Of a stretch of 64,000 bases of DNA, positions 63,775-64,000 are shown in pieces. Both the position numbers and the translations under genes were made by a program. The DNA comes from an uncultured Acidobacteriota bacterium (lineage in GTDB: Bacteria; Acidobacteriota; UBA6911), in NCBI GenBank assembly GCA_963827655.1, contig CAWHCF010000022.1:288001-352000 (forward strand), in the 5' to 3' direction. Each line of letters begins with the position of its first letter. Position 1 is the stretch's first letter. The notes under the pieces were generated by a model. That model was not told the DNA's origin and did not search any database. It saw only the letters and a list, made by a program, of their open reading frames with translations.

Positions 63775-64000
63775 ATGTCAATGAATCGCTGGAGTAGACT
63801 GCTCATTGCGCTCGTGCTCGCGTCTCCCGTCTCGGCAGCTGAGTTGCAGAAGCCTGCCGCTTCACCCGCGATCCTCGCGCAGCCGTTCGCTTCCCGAGAA
63901 GAAATCGAGGAATTCTTACGAAATGCCAGGATCGTCAAAGCGAAAGGGACCGGTATCGGCATTACAAACCCCCTGAAGCTTACGCTCGACGATGGCCGCG
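63775..64000 (+). CDS. Secreted hypothetical protein, partial (runs off the window)
   Basis: GGAG RBS; MSMNRWSRLLIALVLASPVSA..EEIEEFLRNARIVK..GIGITNP.KLTL open to the end. Confidence 0.6.
   Translation, partial: MSMNRWSRLLIALVLASPVSAAELQKPAASPAILAQPFASREEIEEFLRNARIVKAKGTGIGITNPLKLTLDDGR

Overview
GC-rich bacterial window, most likely Acidobacteriota (inferred from an ADOP permease, an Oar-type TonB receptor, and eSTK and PD40 remnants). About 14 otherwise intact genes are split by single frameshifts, which points to an imperfectly polished long-read or metagenomic consensus. It contains yajQ, UPF0182, a TMTC-like GT-C/TPR protein, a type I R-M island (hsdM-hsdS-Fic remnant-hsdR), adk, Co-type nitrile hydratase, a Tat-exported vanadium haloperoxidase, a TonB receptor with a CehA/McbA hydrolase, three paralogous secreted propeller+PHP (DUF3604-like) proteins, recQ, beta-oxidation genes, arsR-arsM, two TA pairs, a Zn-ribbon RNase HI, a GMC-FGE-sulfatase cluster, ferredoxin and a di-heme peroxidase. 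Best leads: (1) a probable unannotated selenoprotein at 19853-20305(-), with an in-frame TGA in a CxxU...CxCC motif, a bacterial-SECIS-like hairpin and read-through to a TAG beside adk; (2) hsdS whose two TRDs are scrambled while the conserved helices are clean, as if many alleles were averaged; (3) dense intergenic repeat families (about 17 copies of a 3x9-bp repeat, heptamer inverted arrays, REP/MITE-like elements), often at gene ends and truncation points; (4) the cluster of secreted PHP metallohydrolases around the haloperoxidase and TonB receptor. No CRISPR array, tRNA or rRNA was recognised. All assignments come from motif reading; no searches were run.
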